Positions 21,801 through 32,600 are shown, counted from the stretch's first letter. The stretch is 64,000 nt of DNA from Candidatus Spongiisociaceae bacterium (GCA_965243165.1 OZ251535.1:1281572-1345571); one strand, 5' to 3'. Notes: generated from the sequence alone by a model not told the origin. Made by a program: numbers and translations.

Positions 21801-22684
21801 CCCCGGGCAATTCCAAGTCGGTGTCGGTTACGGGTTCCGCGTCTGGGTTCGACGTTTCGTCGGCTCGTTTGACCATCACCGACGACGGCGACACCGCCCC
21901 GCCGCCTCCCCCGCCCCCGGCCGGAGGCGGCGGCGGAGGGGGAGGCGGCGGAGGCGCTCCGCCCCCATCAGGCGGCGGCGGAGGGGGAGGTGGTGCTCCG
22001 CCCCCAGCAGGAGGAGGGGGAGGCGGGGGCGGCGGTGCTCCGCCTCCGGCCGGTGGAGGCGCGCAGCCCCCGGCTCAGCCGCCCGCTCCGGCGTGCGTGG
22101 GCCGGTTCTGCGACGACGACGGCAACGTCCACCAGGACAACATCGAACGGATCGCGGTGTGGCGGATCACTCTCGGCTGTGACGCCCAGGACGCCACCAA
22201 GTACTGCCCCGACGCGGAGATCACCCGCCGGCAGATGTCCGCCTTCTTGCATCGGGCCGTTTCGCAGCGGTGGACCATCGAAGCCCCCGAAGGGATCGAG
22301 CTGTCCGACGTCGGCGCGGATGAGTGGTTCCGCCCCTTCGCGGAGTGGGTCGTCTCCGTGGGAGCGTTCAGCGCCCCCGGAGGGGTGTTCGACCCGGGCG
22401 GGGTGGTTACCCGGGCGGATATGGCGATCATGATGATCGGCGCCTTCCCCCACCTCGACGCCGTCCCGACCGAAGCGAGCCGGTTCGGCGACGTAGAGGG
22501 CCTCTCCCCCGAAGTGTTGGCCGCCCTCGAGGGCATGTATCAGACGGGCGTAACCCGTGGATGCTCCGCCGAGCCGCTGAATTACTGCCCTGCCCAGCCG
22601 GTTACCCGGGCGCAGATGGCTTCGTTCTTCGTCCGGGCCGTCAACCTCGCCCCCGCCGACACCCAACCCGCCGCCGGCACCTGA
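15863..22684 (+). CDS. Giant Calx-beta-repeat/SLH surface protein, paralog 2 (the only copy in frame with its ATG start)
   Basis: RBS GGAGGAGGTGG then ATGATG at 15863. The 12-G tract 15889-15900 encodes RGGGGQ in frame. Three N-terminal Calx-beta units, alternative middle module (TMDNLRQPTTHHFFTRDDGTFVLRETGDP…), Gly/Pro linker, three SLH motifs. Confidence 0.85.
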   Translation: MMRGWSLLRGGGGQVLRPRRWLGLALAVGLVLGVLPVGPPGVVGQSATITLSFDDGQGTPSAVTGVAEEGGGQSVRVVATASAATSAVVAVNVTAAAGTATATTDYAISAASWTVTIASGATVGRSAALTVTPVADALVEGDETIVFSATTTATGYSAIADVSLNIEDADVITLSFDDGQSTPSAVTGVSEEGGGQSVRVVATASAATSAAVTVNVTAAAGTATATTDYAISAASWTVTIASGATVGRSAALTVTPASDMLVEGDETIVFSATTTATGYAAIGSVNLSIGDDDNVITLSFDDGQGTPSALTGVPEGGGGRSVRVVATASAASGVELTVNVSAAAGTAADPEDYGISASSTSVTIASGDTVGYSEVLTVTPVDDLSVEGDETIVFSGSTTVPGHAAIADVSLNIVDDDNVITLSFADAAGQPVDGLGEDGGRQSVRLVASVPAGVLVPADVDVSVTVDDAPETATPGAGGDYTASGIPASLTVSISSGGTVSGSSGDLVFTALSDRVLEDHEIVRRFTGTASGYTVKDADLLILDADRTIVVTMDNLRQPTTHHFFTRDDGTFVLRETGDPRSGPIFCSCHDGPQPWFTGRVDGVTSSTYSQNLTMYFKLFSGTAEVVSGGEIPGTVDITGLILDDWFRRSRTHNVRATLNAGNTFFRFRPGGSQADFFSGYNFIAEPDETFTIGFAKTWNGFEPPDGFEIVPVQGVVIDDDVQLERFWVDVTSVAEGSPTDVKIGTGFNASLTDYGSVPSDQNREGRNNAQRSELTSDTVVSLSVVEGPGLLSADEYSATWTRRSITIAAGAAGDGGWETTLTNLSVADDGVVEGLERLRIVGTAALAATKSDGSPTDQVVTFKDLSANIITVTDANADITLSVSPGTVSETAAGQPVTVSAEFAGSSSVLTSDTDVAVQIAGGTATLTSDFTTGLANDRLTVTIPAGETRGSKSFTLTAIDDSTQEPSGETVTFAGHGTTRVGGQTVTVTGGELTIMDPGSEVVLSLTDTGASPAVLSAVGEDGGAEMVRVTATVGTAPSGSDLDVAVTVGALGSTADAGDDYTLSGSSVTVTIADGATSGSADVTVTPVPDTVTEDHETIWFTGTATGYVVAPVSLEITDADRTVTLEFAVSGSYPLEFREGRYGNEWRSITAHVEGVSSTYSGSIEGRVRPESGTAVVDATGQSSGDLYNWLESSNTGDHKHVSIGAGATSSGPAWFNSRVRADDAAEPVEDLFYTLSDLTDGFTVERVRVTLVDPLDTAVVLTLGGTGGTVSEGGDLSGLSVTAGFPSGVTSNALGSDLVVTLGAPEAGTAGADDFSWTPPDPADTLTIPTTATVSPDADAVSPAGVSITDDSVVENPETLQLTGSYTLDGETRETSAELTIEDDDANVVLSVSPGTVAEGDTEEVRVTARFAGSATELTSDTTVTVTIAAGTATLTTDFTTDATGSQVSVVIPAGSLSGSATFNLTAETDSTMEGNETVALSGAGTIGSQTLMVTGAAVNIVDSGITLAVDADAGPSGASGVQSSVGEEGGTKMVEVTVTLPTAPSGSAEVVGLNVVGGTAVLDDDSEFGVGEDFRVTYPSPQSPAPPAGHSLAVEVADGATTGSATFTVVLDDDDVAEGSAAETVVIEGAAVTYGGGTYEVVSTSFGITDDDASPTTIGLSLLDSEGEDLTEVREDGGTVRVRVKAALAGEKVLPRSVTVPLTVGMSGGALAVHDFKRVSSLAVTIPPYEDEGTVEFDLELIDDTRPEGAEELTVHAGTLGAGLTGLGFTAVESDSLTIVDNDMILGLLDAEGEPLTRVLEGASPQVQVQLSYPGIHWSSPRFVRVTVEAGTAAGSDYRIPVAPGDVFFPPGQNSATKTIGLNTVNDRSVEGDETLRVSAAAEGFDIAPVELIIQDNEIRLSLNQASVREDAGRITRTVTAAASSAPPEDLVVNVRVAGSGYTSLSPRSFSITIPAGETSGSRSFSMTVTDDSTPGNSKSVSVTGSASGFDVSSARLTITDDGDTAPPPPPPPAGGGGGGGGGGGAPPPSGGGGGGGGAPPPAGGGGGGGGGAPPPAGGGAQPPAQPPAPACVGRFCDDDGNVHQDNIERIAVWRITLGCDAQDATKYCPDAEITRRQMSAFLHRAVSQRWTIEAPEGIELSDVGADEWFRPFAEWVVSVGAFSAPGGVFDPGGVVTRADMAIMMIGAFPHLDAVPTEASRFGDVEGLSPEVLAALEGMYQTGVTRGCSAEPLNYCPAQPVTRAQMASFFVRAVNLAPADTQPAAGT

Positions 22685-22702
22685 CCGCAGCTGCTTCTTT
22701 AT

Positions 22703-22742
22703 CCGGCTCGGCCTCCCCAGCCAACCCAGGAGGCCGGGCCGG
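22703..22742 (+). terminator. Conserved GC-rich stem-loop 3' of giant gene 2
   Basis: CCGGCTCGGCCTCC-loop-GGAGGCCGGGCC. Confidence 0.45.
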
Positions 22743-22811
22743 AACCGCCCCTGGAGTCTGTGTAGCCCTGCCTGGCGGCTTCTTCGGTGTGCTTGACTAT
22801 TCGGGGGGGGG

Positions 22812-22842
22812 GGGGGTAGTATGTTGTTGTGATCGTTGTCCC
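22812..22842 (+). promoter_or_regulatory. Putative promoter of giant gene 3: TTGACT - ATTC + 15 G (19 nt spacer) - TAGTAT
   Basis: -35 22812-22817; G15 at 22822-22836; -10 22837-22842. The spacer is 2 nt longer than in the other three copies, and the upstream CCCGCGCCGGCGCGG palindrome is missing in this copy. Confidence 0.5.
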
Positions 22843-22883
22843 CTCGCTCGGTGAGGGGCTGGCTTGATGGAGGAGGTGGCCTG

Positions 22884-25800
22884 ATGATGCGGGGTCGGTC
22901 GTTGCTGCGGGGGGGGGGGGGGGCTGGTGTTGAGTCGGCGGCGTTGGTTGGGTTTGGGGTTGGCGGTTGGTTTGGTGTTGGGGGTGTTGCCGGTTGGTCC
23001 GCCGGGGGTGGTGGGTCAGTCGGCGACGATTACGTTGTCGTTCGATGACGGGGCGGGTACGCCGTCGGCGGTGACGGGGGTGTCGGAGGGGGGCGGCGCG
23101 CAGTCGGTGCGGGTGGTGGCGACGGCTTCGGCGGCGACGTCGGCGAATGTGGATGTGACGGTGTCGATCGCGGCTGGTACGGCGACTGCTACTACGGATT
23201 ATGGGATTTCGGCGACGTCGGCGACGGTGCAGATCGCCAGCGGGCAGACGGTGGGGCGGGCGGCGGCGGCGTTGACGGTGACGCCGGTGGATGATTCGTC
23301 GGTGGAGGGGGATGAGACGATTGTGTTTTCTGCTACTACGACCGCGACTGGTTACGCGGCGATTTCTGATGTGAGTTTGAATATCGTGGATGATGATTTT
23401 TATTCGATTACGTTGTCGTTCGATGACGGGGAGAGCACGCCGTCGGCGTTGACGGGGGTGGCGGAGGGGGGCGGTGGTCAGTCGGTGCGGGTGGTGGCGA
23501 CGGCTTCGGCGGCGACGTCGGCGGCGGTGACGGTGAATGTGACGGCGGCGGCGGGCACCGCGACCGCGGCGACGGATTATGCGATTTCGGCGACATCGGA
23601 GTCGGTGACGATTGCGAGCGGGGAGACGGTGGGGCGGGCGGCGGCGGCGTTGACGGTGACGCCGGTGGATGATTCGTCGGTGGAGGGGGATGAGACGATT
23701 GTGTTTTCGGCGACTACGACGGCGACTGGTTACGCGGCGATTGCTGATGTGAGTTTGAATATCGTGGATGATGACAATGTGATTACGTTGTCGTTTGTGG
23801 ATGCGGCGGGTCAGCCTGTTGGGGGGTTGGGGGAGGACGACGGGGTTCAGAGGGTGCGGTTGGTTGCTTCGGTTCCGGCGGGGGTGCAGGTGCCTGCGGA
23901 TGTGGATGTGTCGGTGACGGTGGATGATGCTCTTGAGACGGCGACGCCGGGGGCGGGCGGGGATTATACGGCTTCTGGGATTCCTTCTTCGTTGACGGTT
24001 TCTATCGCTTCGGGTGGAACGAGCGGGTCTTCGGGTGATATGGTGTTTACTGCTTTGTCTGATCGGGTGTTCGAGGATCATGAGATCGTGAGGAGGTTTA
24101 CGGGTACGGCTTCGGGGTATACGGTCGAGGGCGCTGATTTGTTGATTTTGGATGCGGATCGTACGATTGTTGTTAGGATGGATAATCTGAGAAGGCCTAC
24201 GACCCATATTTGGTTTACTCGTGATGACGGTACTTTCGTTTTACGGGAAACTGGTGATCCTACAGGTCCTTGGAACGGTCCGCAATTTTGTTCTTGTCAT
24301 GACGGCCCTATCCCGTGGTTTACTTTCACGGTGGATGGGGTTACTTCTTCGACCTACAGTGAGAACCTGACCTTGGTCTTCAATGCTTTCGACGGGACTG
24401 CCAAAATTAATAATCTCCCTTCAAACCTCCCTGGACAGCCCGATGTAACAAGTTTGGGTATCAGAGAAAATAACCGTGACAGCCAGAATCATAGGGCGAC
24501 GTTGAATGCGGGCAGCTTATTTGTCCGGCTTCGTCCGAGCGGTGCTCAGAATGAAATCGACAGCTACTACGATTATGTCGCGGAGCCTGATGAGACTTTC
24601 ACGATTGGGGTTGAGCCGATAGATGGTTTTGAGATTGTCAATGTTGATGGTGTGGTAATCGATGATGATGTACAGGTCCATATGGCTGTTCAAGGTACTC
24701 CGACGGTGGCGGAGGGTTCGTCGAGGGATTTGGTTATTGGTGCAGGTATGAACGCTAACCATACTGATCTTGAAAATATCCTGTCATACTGGAACCCTGA
24801 GCGTCGGAAGAATAATCAACGTTCCGATATAACGTCTGATACGGTGGTGTCGTTGTCGGTGGCGGAGGGGCCGGGGTTGTTGAGCGCCGACGATTTTTCT
24901 TCTTTCGATTGGAAGAGGAGGTCGATTACTATTCCGGCGGGTGCTGCGAATGATGGCGGTTGGGAGACAACGTTGGAGAATCTGTCGGTTGCGGATAATA
25001 CGGTGGTGGAGGGCCCAAAGAAGCTGCGGATCGTGGGTGCGCCGGCGTTGGCGGCTGCCAAGCCGGATGGGTCGCCTACTGATCAGGTGGTTACTTTCAA
25101 CAACGTGCAGTTGGATGTTTTGACTGTGACGGATGATGATGCTGATATCACGTTGTCGGTGTCGCCGGGGGTAGTGTTGGAGAAGGCGGGCGGTCAGACG
25201 GTGACGGTGGTGGCGGAGTTCGCGGGGTCGTCGTCGGAATTGACTTCGCATACGGATGTGGAGGTGCAGATAGCCGGGGGTACGGCAACGTTGACGACTG
25301 ATTTCACTACGGATGTCACGAATGACCGGTTGACGGTTCGGATTCCGGCGGGTCTGACGAGCTGGTCGAAGTCGTTCACGTTGACGGCGTCTGACGACGG
25401 TGTGACGGAGGCCGGCGGGGAGACGGTTACGTTCGCGGGGCATGGGACCACGCGGGTGGGCGGGCAGACGGTTACGGTTACCCCCGGTGAGTTGACGATT
25501 ATGGATCCGGGTTCGGAGGTGGTGTTGTCTTTGACGGACACGCAGGCTACGCCGGAGGCGTTGTCGGCGGTGGGCGAGGACGGCGGGGCGGAGACGGTGC
25601 GGATAACGGCTGCGGTGGGTACGGCCCCGGCGAGCGATCTGGATGTGGCGGTGACGGTGGGCGCGTTGGGGAGCACGGCGGACGCGGGGGTTGATTACAC
25701 GGTTGATGAGTCTTCGGTTACGGTGACCATCCAGGGTGGGCAAACGACTGGGTCGGCGGATGTGACGGTTACGCCTGTTCCGGATGCGGTTACGGAGGAT

Positions 25801-28800
25801 CAGGAGACGATCCGGTTCGCGGGAACGGCAACAGGGTATGTGGTTGCGCCGGTTTCGTTGGAGATCACCGACGCGGATCGGTCGATTATGTTGGAGCTGG
25901 GGTTCAATCCGCGGGATTATCCGTCGGTGCTGTTTCCGGAGTACTCGGGGGACGGCGGTGCTCAATGGAGGAGTGTTACCGCCCGCGTGGAGGGTGTGTC
26001 TTCTACTTATTCCGGCAATATCAGGGGGCGGGTCATAACAGAGTCCGGTACAGGTGCGGCGGGGGCGTCGGTGTCTTCTACGGGTCCTGGTTCGGGGGAT
26101 ATCTATAATTGGCTTACCCATTCGACCACGAGTCATCATAGGTATGTTGATATCGGTGCGGGTAATACGTCGTCGGGGCCTGCTTGGTTCACGTTGCATG
26201 TCCCGGCGGACGACGCAGCGGAGCAGACGGAGTATTTCGATTTTACGTTGACGGGTTTGACTGATGGTTTCACGGTAGTGCCGGTCAAGGGGGCGGTGGT
26301 GGATCTGGTGGACACGGCGGTGGTGTTGTCGCCGGGGGGTACGGTGACCGAAGGCGGGACGGGTTCGGGTCTGTCGGTTACGGCGGGGTTTCCGTCTGGG
26401 GTTACGTCGAGCACGATTGGTTCTGGCCTGGTGGTTACTTTGGGCGCTCCGGAGGCGGGTACGGCGGGGTCGGATGATTTTTTGTGGACGCCGCCTGATC
26501 CTGCGGATACGGTGACGATCGCGATGGGGCAGACGGAGAGTCCAGCCGGGGATGCGGTGGCGCTGGCGGGGTTGTCTATCACCGATGATTCGGTGGTGGA
26601 AGACCCGGAGACGCTGCAGCTGACCGGGTCTTACATGCTGGACGGCGAAACCCGGGAGGCGGAGGGGACGTTGACGGTGTTGGACAATGACACGGAGGTG
26701 GTGTTGTCGGTGTCGCCGGGAACGGTGGTGGAGGGCAGCACGGAGGAGGTGCGGGTTACGGCCCGCTTTGCGGGGTCGTCTTCGGTGTTGACGTCGGATA
26801 CGACGGTTACGGTTACCATCGCGGCGGGTACGGCGACGTTGACGACTGATTTCACTACGGACGCGACGGGCAGTCAGGTGTCGGTGGTGATCCCGGCGGG
26901 TTCTTTGTCGGGGTCGGCGACGTTCAATTTGATGGCGGTTACAGACTCAGTTACGGAGTCGGCGGGGGAGACGGTTGCCTTGTCGGGGGCGGGGACGATC
27001 GGGTCGCAGACGTTGATGGTGACGGGCGCTGCGGTGAACATCGTTGATTCGGGTATTACGTTGGCGGTGGATGCGGATACGGGTACGACGGGTGATCAGT
27101 CGTCGGTGGGTGAGGACGCGGTGACCAAGACGGTGGAGGTGGAGGTTACGTTGCCGGCGGCGTCTTCTTCGGGCAACGGCGCTGTGACGGTTGGGTTGAA
27201 TGTGGTGGGCGGCACGGCGGTGTTGGACGACAACTCGGACGGGGATTCGGAGTTCGGGGTGGGGGAGGACTTCCGGGTGACGTATCCGTCGGGGCAGACC
27301 AACGTCTCGGTTGAGGTTGCTGAGGGTGACACGACGGGGACGGCGACGTTCGAGGTGGTGTTGAACGACGACAACGTTGCTGAGGGTTCTGCGGCGGAGA
27401 CGGTGGTGATCGAAGGCGCGGCGGTCACCGTCAACACCACGTCGTATGAGGTGGTGTCAACCAGTTTCGGCATCACCGACTCCACCGACGACGCGTCGCC
27501 TACGACTATTGGTTTGACCCTGCTGGACGCAGACGGGGAGGACTTGACAGAGGTCCGGGAGGACGACGGTACGGTTCGGGTGCGGGTGAAGGCCGCCTTG
27601 GCGGGGGACAAGGTGCTGCCCCGGTCGGTGACGGTTCCGCTCACGGTGGGCATGTCGGGCGGCGCCTTAGCGGTGCATGATTTCAAGCGGGTTTCGTCGC
27701 TGGCGGTGACGATTCCGCCTCATGAGGATGAGGGAACCGTTGAGTTCGATCTGGAGCTGAACGACGATACGAGGCCGGAGGGCGCCGAGGAATTGACGGT
27801 CCACGCCGGCGCGCTGGGGGCTGCTCTGACCGGTTTGGGCTTCACGGCGGTGGAGTCCGATTCGTTGACCATCGTAGACAACGACATCATCCTGGGTTTG
27901 TTGGACGCCGACGGGGACCCGCTGACCAAGGTTCTGGAGGGCAGCAACCCCCAGGTGCAGGTGCAGCTGTCGTATCCAGGAATACACTGGTCGTCCCCTC
28001 GGTGGGTGCAGGTAACCGTGGGGGGCGGAACCGCCTCTGGAAGCGACTTCCGCATCGCGTCGGCCCCCGGCGCCGTGTTCTTTCCGATCCGTGTGAACAG
28101 CGCAACCAAGGCGTTCGGGTTGAACGCGGTCAACGACCGCGCGTTCGAGGGCGACGAAACGCTGCGGGTGTCCGCCGCGGCGGAGGGGTTCGACATCGCT
28201 CCGGTGGAGCTCGTCATTCAGGACAACGAGATCCGGTTGTCGTTGAACCAGGCGTCGGTGCGGGAGGACGCAGGCCGGATCACCCGGACGGTTACCGCTA
28301 CGGCGAGTTCCGCACCCCCCGAGGATCTGGTGGTGAATGTTAGGGTCGCGGGGAGCGGTTACACCAGCCTGAGTCCGAGGTCGTTCTCGATCACTATTCC
28401 CGCCGGGGAGACGTCGGGGTCCAGATCGTTCTCCATGACCGTGACCGACGACTCCACCCCGGGCAATTCCAAGTCGGTGTCGGTTACGGGTTCCGCGTCG
28501 GGGTTCGACGTTTCGTCGGCTCGTTTGACCATCACCGACGACGGCGACGTCGCTGCCCCCCCGCCCCCATCCGGCGGCGGCGGCGGGGGAGGGGGCGGTG
28601 GTGCTCCGCCCCCATCAGGCGGCGGCGGGGGAGGCGGAGGAGGTGGCGGCGGCGGCGCTCCACCCCCAGCCGGCGGAGGAGGGGGAGGCGGTGGTGGCGC
28701 CCCGCCCCCGGCCGGTGGAGGCGCGCAGCCCCCGGCCCAGCCGCCCGCGCCGGTGTGCGTGGGCCGGTTCTGCGACGACGACGGCAACGTCCACCAGGAC

Positions 28801-29346
28801 AACATCGAGCGCATCGCGGTGTGGCGGATCACTCTCGGCTGTGACGCCCAGGACGCCACCAAGTACTGCCCCAATGCGGAGATCACCCGCCGGCAGATGT
28901 CCGCCTTCTTGCACCGGGCCGTCTCGCAGCGGTGGACCATCGAAGCCCCCGAAGGAATCGTGCTCACCGACGTCGGCGCGGATGAGTGGTTCCGCCCCTT
29001 CGCGGAGTGGGTCGTCTCCGTGGGAGCGTTCAGCGCCCCCGGCGGGGTGTTCGACCCGGGCGGGGTGGTTACCCGGGCGGATATGGCGATCATGATGATC
29101 GGCGCGTTCCCCCACCTCGACGCCGTCCCCACCGAAGCGAGCCGGTTCGGCGACGTAGAGGGCCTCTCCCCCGAAGTGTTGGCCGCCCTCGAGGGCATGT
29201 ATCAGACGGGCGTAACCCGTGGATGCTCCGCCGAGCCGCTGAATTACTGCCCTGCCCAGCCGGTTACCCGGGCGCAGATGGCGTCGTTCTTCGTCCGGGC
29301 CGTCAACCTCGCCCCCGCCGACACCCAACCCGCCGCCGGTACCTGA
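22884..29346 (+). CDS. Giant Calx-beta-repeat/SLH surface protein, paralog 3. The ATG start at 22884 is out of frame with the main ORF (22927..29346) across the 15-G tract at 22909-22923
   Basis: Same RBS/ATGATG leader as copy 2. From the ATG the reading runs into ORF 22836..23048 (…RGGGGAGVESAALVGFGVGG…). The main ORF has two N-terminal Calx-beta units, the copy-2-type middle module, Gly/Pro linker and three SLH motifs. An in-frame GTG at 22927 directly follows the tract. Confidence 0.8.
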
Positions 29347-29365
29347 CCGCAGCTGCTTCTTTATC

Positions 29366-29404
29366 CGGCCCGGCCTCCCCAGCCAACCCAGGAGGCCGGG
29401 CCGG
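29366..29404 (+). terminator. Conserved GC-rich stem-loop 3' of giant gene 3
   Basis: CCGGCCCGGCCTCC-CCAGCCAACCC-AGGAGGCCGGGCCGG. Confidence 0.45.
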
Positions 29405-29527
29405 AACCGCCCCCCGGGGGAACCTGCGCAGTCCGGTCCAGGGCCTCCCCCCTCCAATGCTTAGAGGGGGGTCTGGGAGGCTGCCCGCGCCGGCGCGGCG
29501 GCTTGTTTGGCGGCCCCTCGGTTGTGC

Positions 29528-29556
29528 TTGACTATTCGGGGGGGGGGGGGTAGTAT
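29528..29556 (+). promoter_or_regulatory. Putative promoter of giant gene 4: TTGACT - ATTC + 13 G (17 nt spacer) - TAGTAT
   Basis: -35 29528-29533; G13 at 29538-29550; -10 29551-29556. Upstream palindrome CCCGCGCCGGCGCGG at 29483-29497. Confidence 0.55.
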
Positions 29557-29616
29557 CTTGTTGCTAGACTGGTTTGCAGTCCCCTTGAGGGGTCGTCTCG
29601 TGGAGGAGGTGGTCTG

Positions 29617-32600
29617 ATGCTGGGTTGGTCGTTGCTGCGGGGGGGGGGGGCAGGTGTTGAGTCGGCGGCGTTGGTTGGGTTTGGGGTTGGCGGTTGGTTT
29701 GGTGTTGGGGGTGCTGCCGGTTGGTCCGCCGGGGGTGGTGGGTCAGTCGGCGACGATTACGTTGTCGTTCGACGACGGGGAGAGTACGCCGTCGGCGTTG
29801 ACGGGGGTGGCGGAGGAGGGCGGCGGTCAGTCGGTGCGGGTGGTGGCGACGGCTTCGGCGGCTACGTCGGCGGCGGTTACGGTGAATGTGTCGATCGCGG
29901 CGGGTACGGCGACCGCGGCGACGGATTATGCGGTTTCGGCGGCGTCGGCGACGGTGACGATCGCCAACGGGGATACGGTGGGGTATTCGGCGGCGTTGAC
30001 GGTGACGCCGGTGGATGATGCGTTGGTGGAGGGGGATGAGACGATTGTGTTTTCGGCGACTACGTCGGCGACGGGTTATTCGGCGATTGCTGATGTGAGT
30101 TTGAACATCGAGGATGCTGATGTGATTACGTTGTCGTTCGATGACGGGGCGGGCACGCCGTCGGCGGTGACGGGGGTGTCGGAGGAGGGCGGCGGTCAGT
30201 CGGTGCGGGTGGTGGCGACGGCTTCGGCGGCGACGTCGGCGGCGGTTACGGTGTCGGTGTCGATCGCGGCGGGTACGGCGACTGCGACGACGGATTATGC
30301 GGTTTCGGCTTCGTCGACGACGGTGACGATCGCCAACGGGGATACGGTGGGGCAGTCGTCGGCGTTGACGGTGACTCCGGCCTCCGACGCGTTGGTGGAG
30401 GGGGATGAGACGATTGTGTTTTCGGGGTCTACGACGGCGACGGGTTATGCGGCGATTGCTGATGTGAGTTTGATTATTGGGGATGATGACAATGTGATTA
30501 CGTTGTCGTTCGATGACGGGGAGAGTACGCCGTCGGCTGTGACGGGGGTGTCGGAGGGGGGCGGCGGTCGGTCGGTGCGGGTGGTGGCGACGGCTTCGGC
30601 GGCGTCGTCGGCGGCGGTGACGGTGGATGTGTCGGCGGCGGCGGGTACGGCGACTGCGGCGACGGATTATGCGGTTTCGGCTTCGTCGGCGTCGGTGACG
30701 ATCGCGGCGGGGGATACGGTGGGTTATTCGGAGGTGTTGATGGTGACGCCGGTGGATGACTTGTTGGTGGAGGGGGATGAGACGATTGTGTTTTCGGGGT
30801 CTACGACCGTGCCGGGTCATGCGGCGATTGCTGATGTGAGTTTGGTTATTGGGGATGATGACAATGTGATTACGTTGTCGTTTGTGGATGAGGCGGGTGA
30901 GCCTGTTGGGGGGTTGGGGGAGGACGACGGGGCGCAGGCGGTGCGGTTGGTTGCTTCGGTTCCGGCGGGGGTGCAGGTGCCGGCGGATGTGGATGTGTCG
31001 GTGACGGTGGATGATGCTCCTGAGACGGCGACGCCGGGGGCGGGCGGGGATTATACGGCTTCTGGGATTCCTGCTTCGCTGACGCTTTCTATCGCTTCGG
31101 GTGGGACAGTGAGCGGGTCTTCGGGTGATTTGGTGTTTACTGCTTTGTCGGATCGGGTGTTCGAGGATCACGAGATCGTGAGGAGGTTTACGGGTACGGC
31201 TTCGGGGTATACGGTCGAGGACGCTGATTTGCTGATCATGGACGCCGATCGTACGATTGTTTTTCATGTAGATGATGATCGTGGTAATATTATTAGGAGC
31301 GGGTCGTTGTACATGCGTGAGCGGGGCGATCCGGTTGGCACTAATGAATGTGACTGCAATCGGGTGGGCCCGAGGCCTGGGTTCACTGTCCGGATAGACG
31401 GGGTTACGTCTTCTACTTACAGTCAGAACTTGAGGATGCGTTTTGGCGGTATCAGCGGGACGGCGAAATACCCGTTCTATAATCCAGAGGGTCTGGGTGG
31501 ATTTAATGATTTTTATTCCCTAGCAGACGAAAGCGGGAGGAGCAGGTGGTTGGAGTTGCCTGCGGGAAGTATTTACGCAATTAGCTGGTTCAATTCGGGC
31601 GAGAACTTTGATTCATGGAAGGATCATGTAGCGGAGCCGGATGAGATTGGTTACCTTGGGGCTCGTCCGTCGGGTGTTCATACTTTGGAGGGGTTTACGT
31701 TGGTCAATATTCCTTTGGTGATCATCGATGATGATGTTCAGTTCAATCCTTTGGGGAGGAGTGTTACGTCGGTGACGGAGGGTTCAACGACGGCGGCTGT
31801 CAATATCAGTGCGCGTATGCATGCTAATTCTTCTCAATTGACGTCTGATACGGAGCTGTCGCTGTCGGTGTTGAGGGAAGATGATCCTGAGGTAGGGGTA
31901 GCGGGTGTTGATGATTTCTCTTACTCGGGTTTGACTGACGGGACTGTGGCGGCGGGGCAGATACACACTGGATCTTCTCCGGGGGTGTTGTCTGGACTGG
32001 CGGTTGTGGATGATACGGTGGTGGAGGGCCCGGAGCAGGTGAAGATCATGAGCTCCCCGGCTTTGGCGGCGGCGAAGCCGAATGGGGATGAAACTGATCA
32101 GGAGGTTACCTTCGACAGGCTGGAGACGCACGTAACGATTGAGGATGATGATGCTGATATCAGTTTGTTGGTGTCGCCGGGGTCGGTGGTGGAGAAGGCA
32201 GGCGGTCAGACGGTGACGGTGGTGGCGGAGTTCGCGGGGTCGTCGTCGGTTTTGACGTCTGATACGGATGTGGAGGTGCAGATAGCCGGGGGTACGGCAA
32301 CGTTGACGACTGATTTCACGGTTTCGGGTTTGGATGCCAACGATCGGTTGACGGTTACGATCCCGGCGGGCCGGACGTCGGGGTCGAAGACGTTTACGCT
32401 GACGGCGCTCGTCGACAGCGTGACGGAGTCCAGCGGGGAGACGGTTACGTTCGAGGGGCATGGAACCACGCGGGTGCGCGGGGCAGCCGTGACGGTTACG
32501 GGCGCCTCGCTGACGATCATGGATCCGGGTATGGAGGTGGTGTTGTCTTTGACGGACACGGGGATTTCTCCGGAGGCGTTGTCGGCGGTGGATGAGGACG

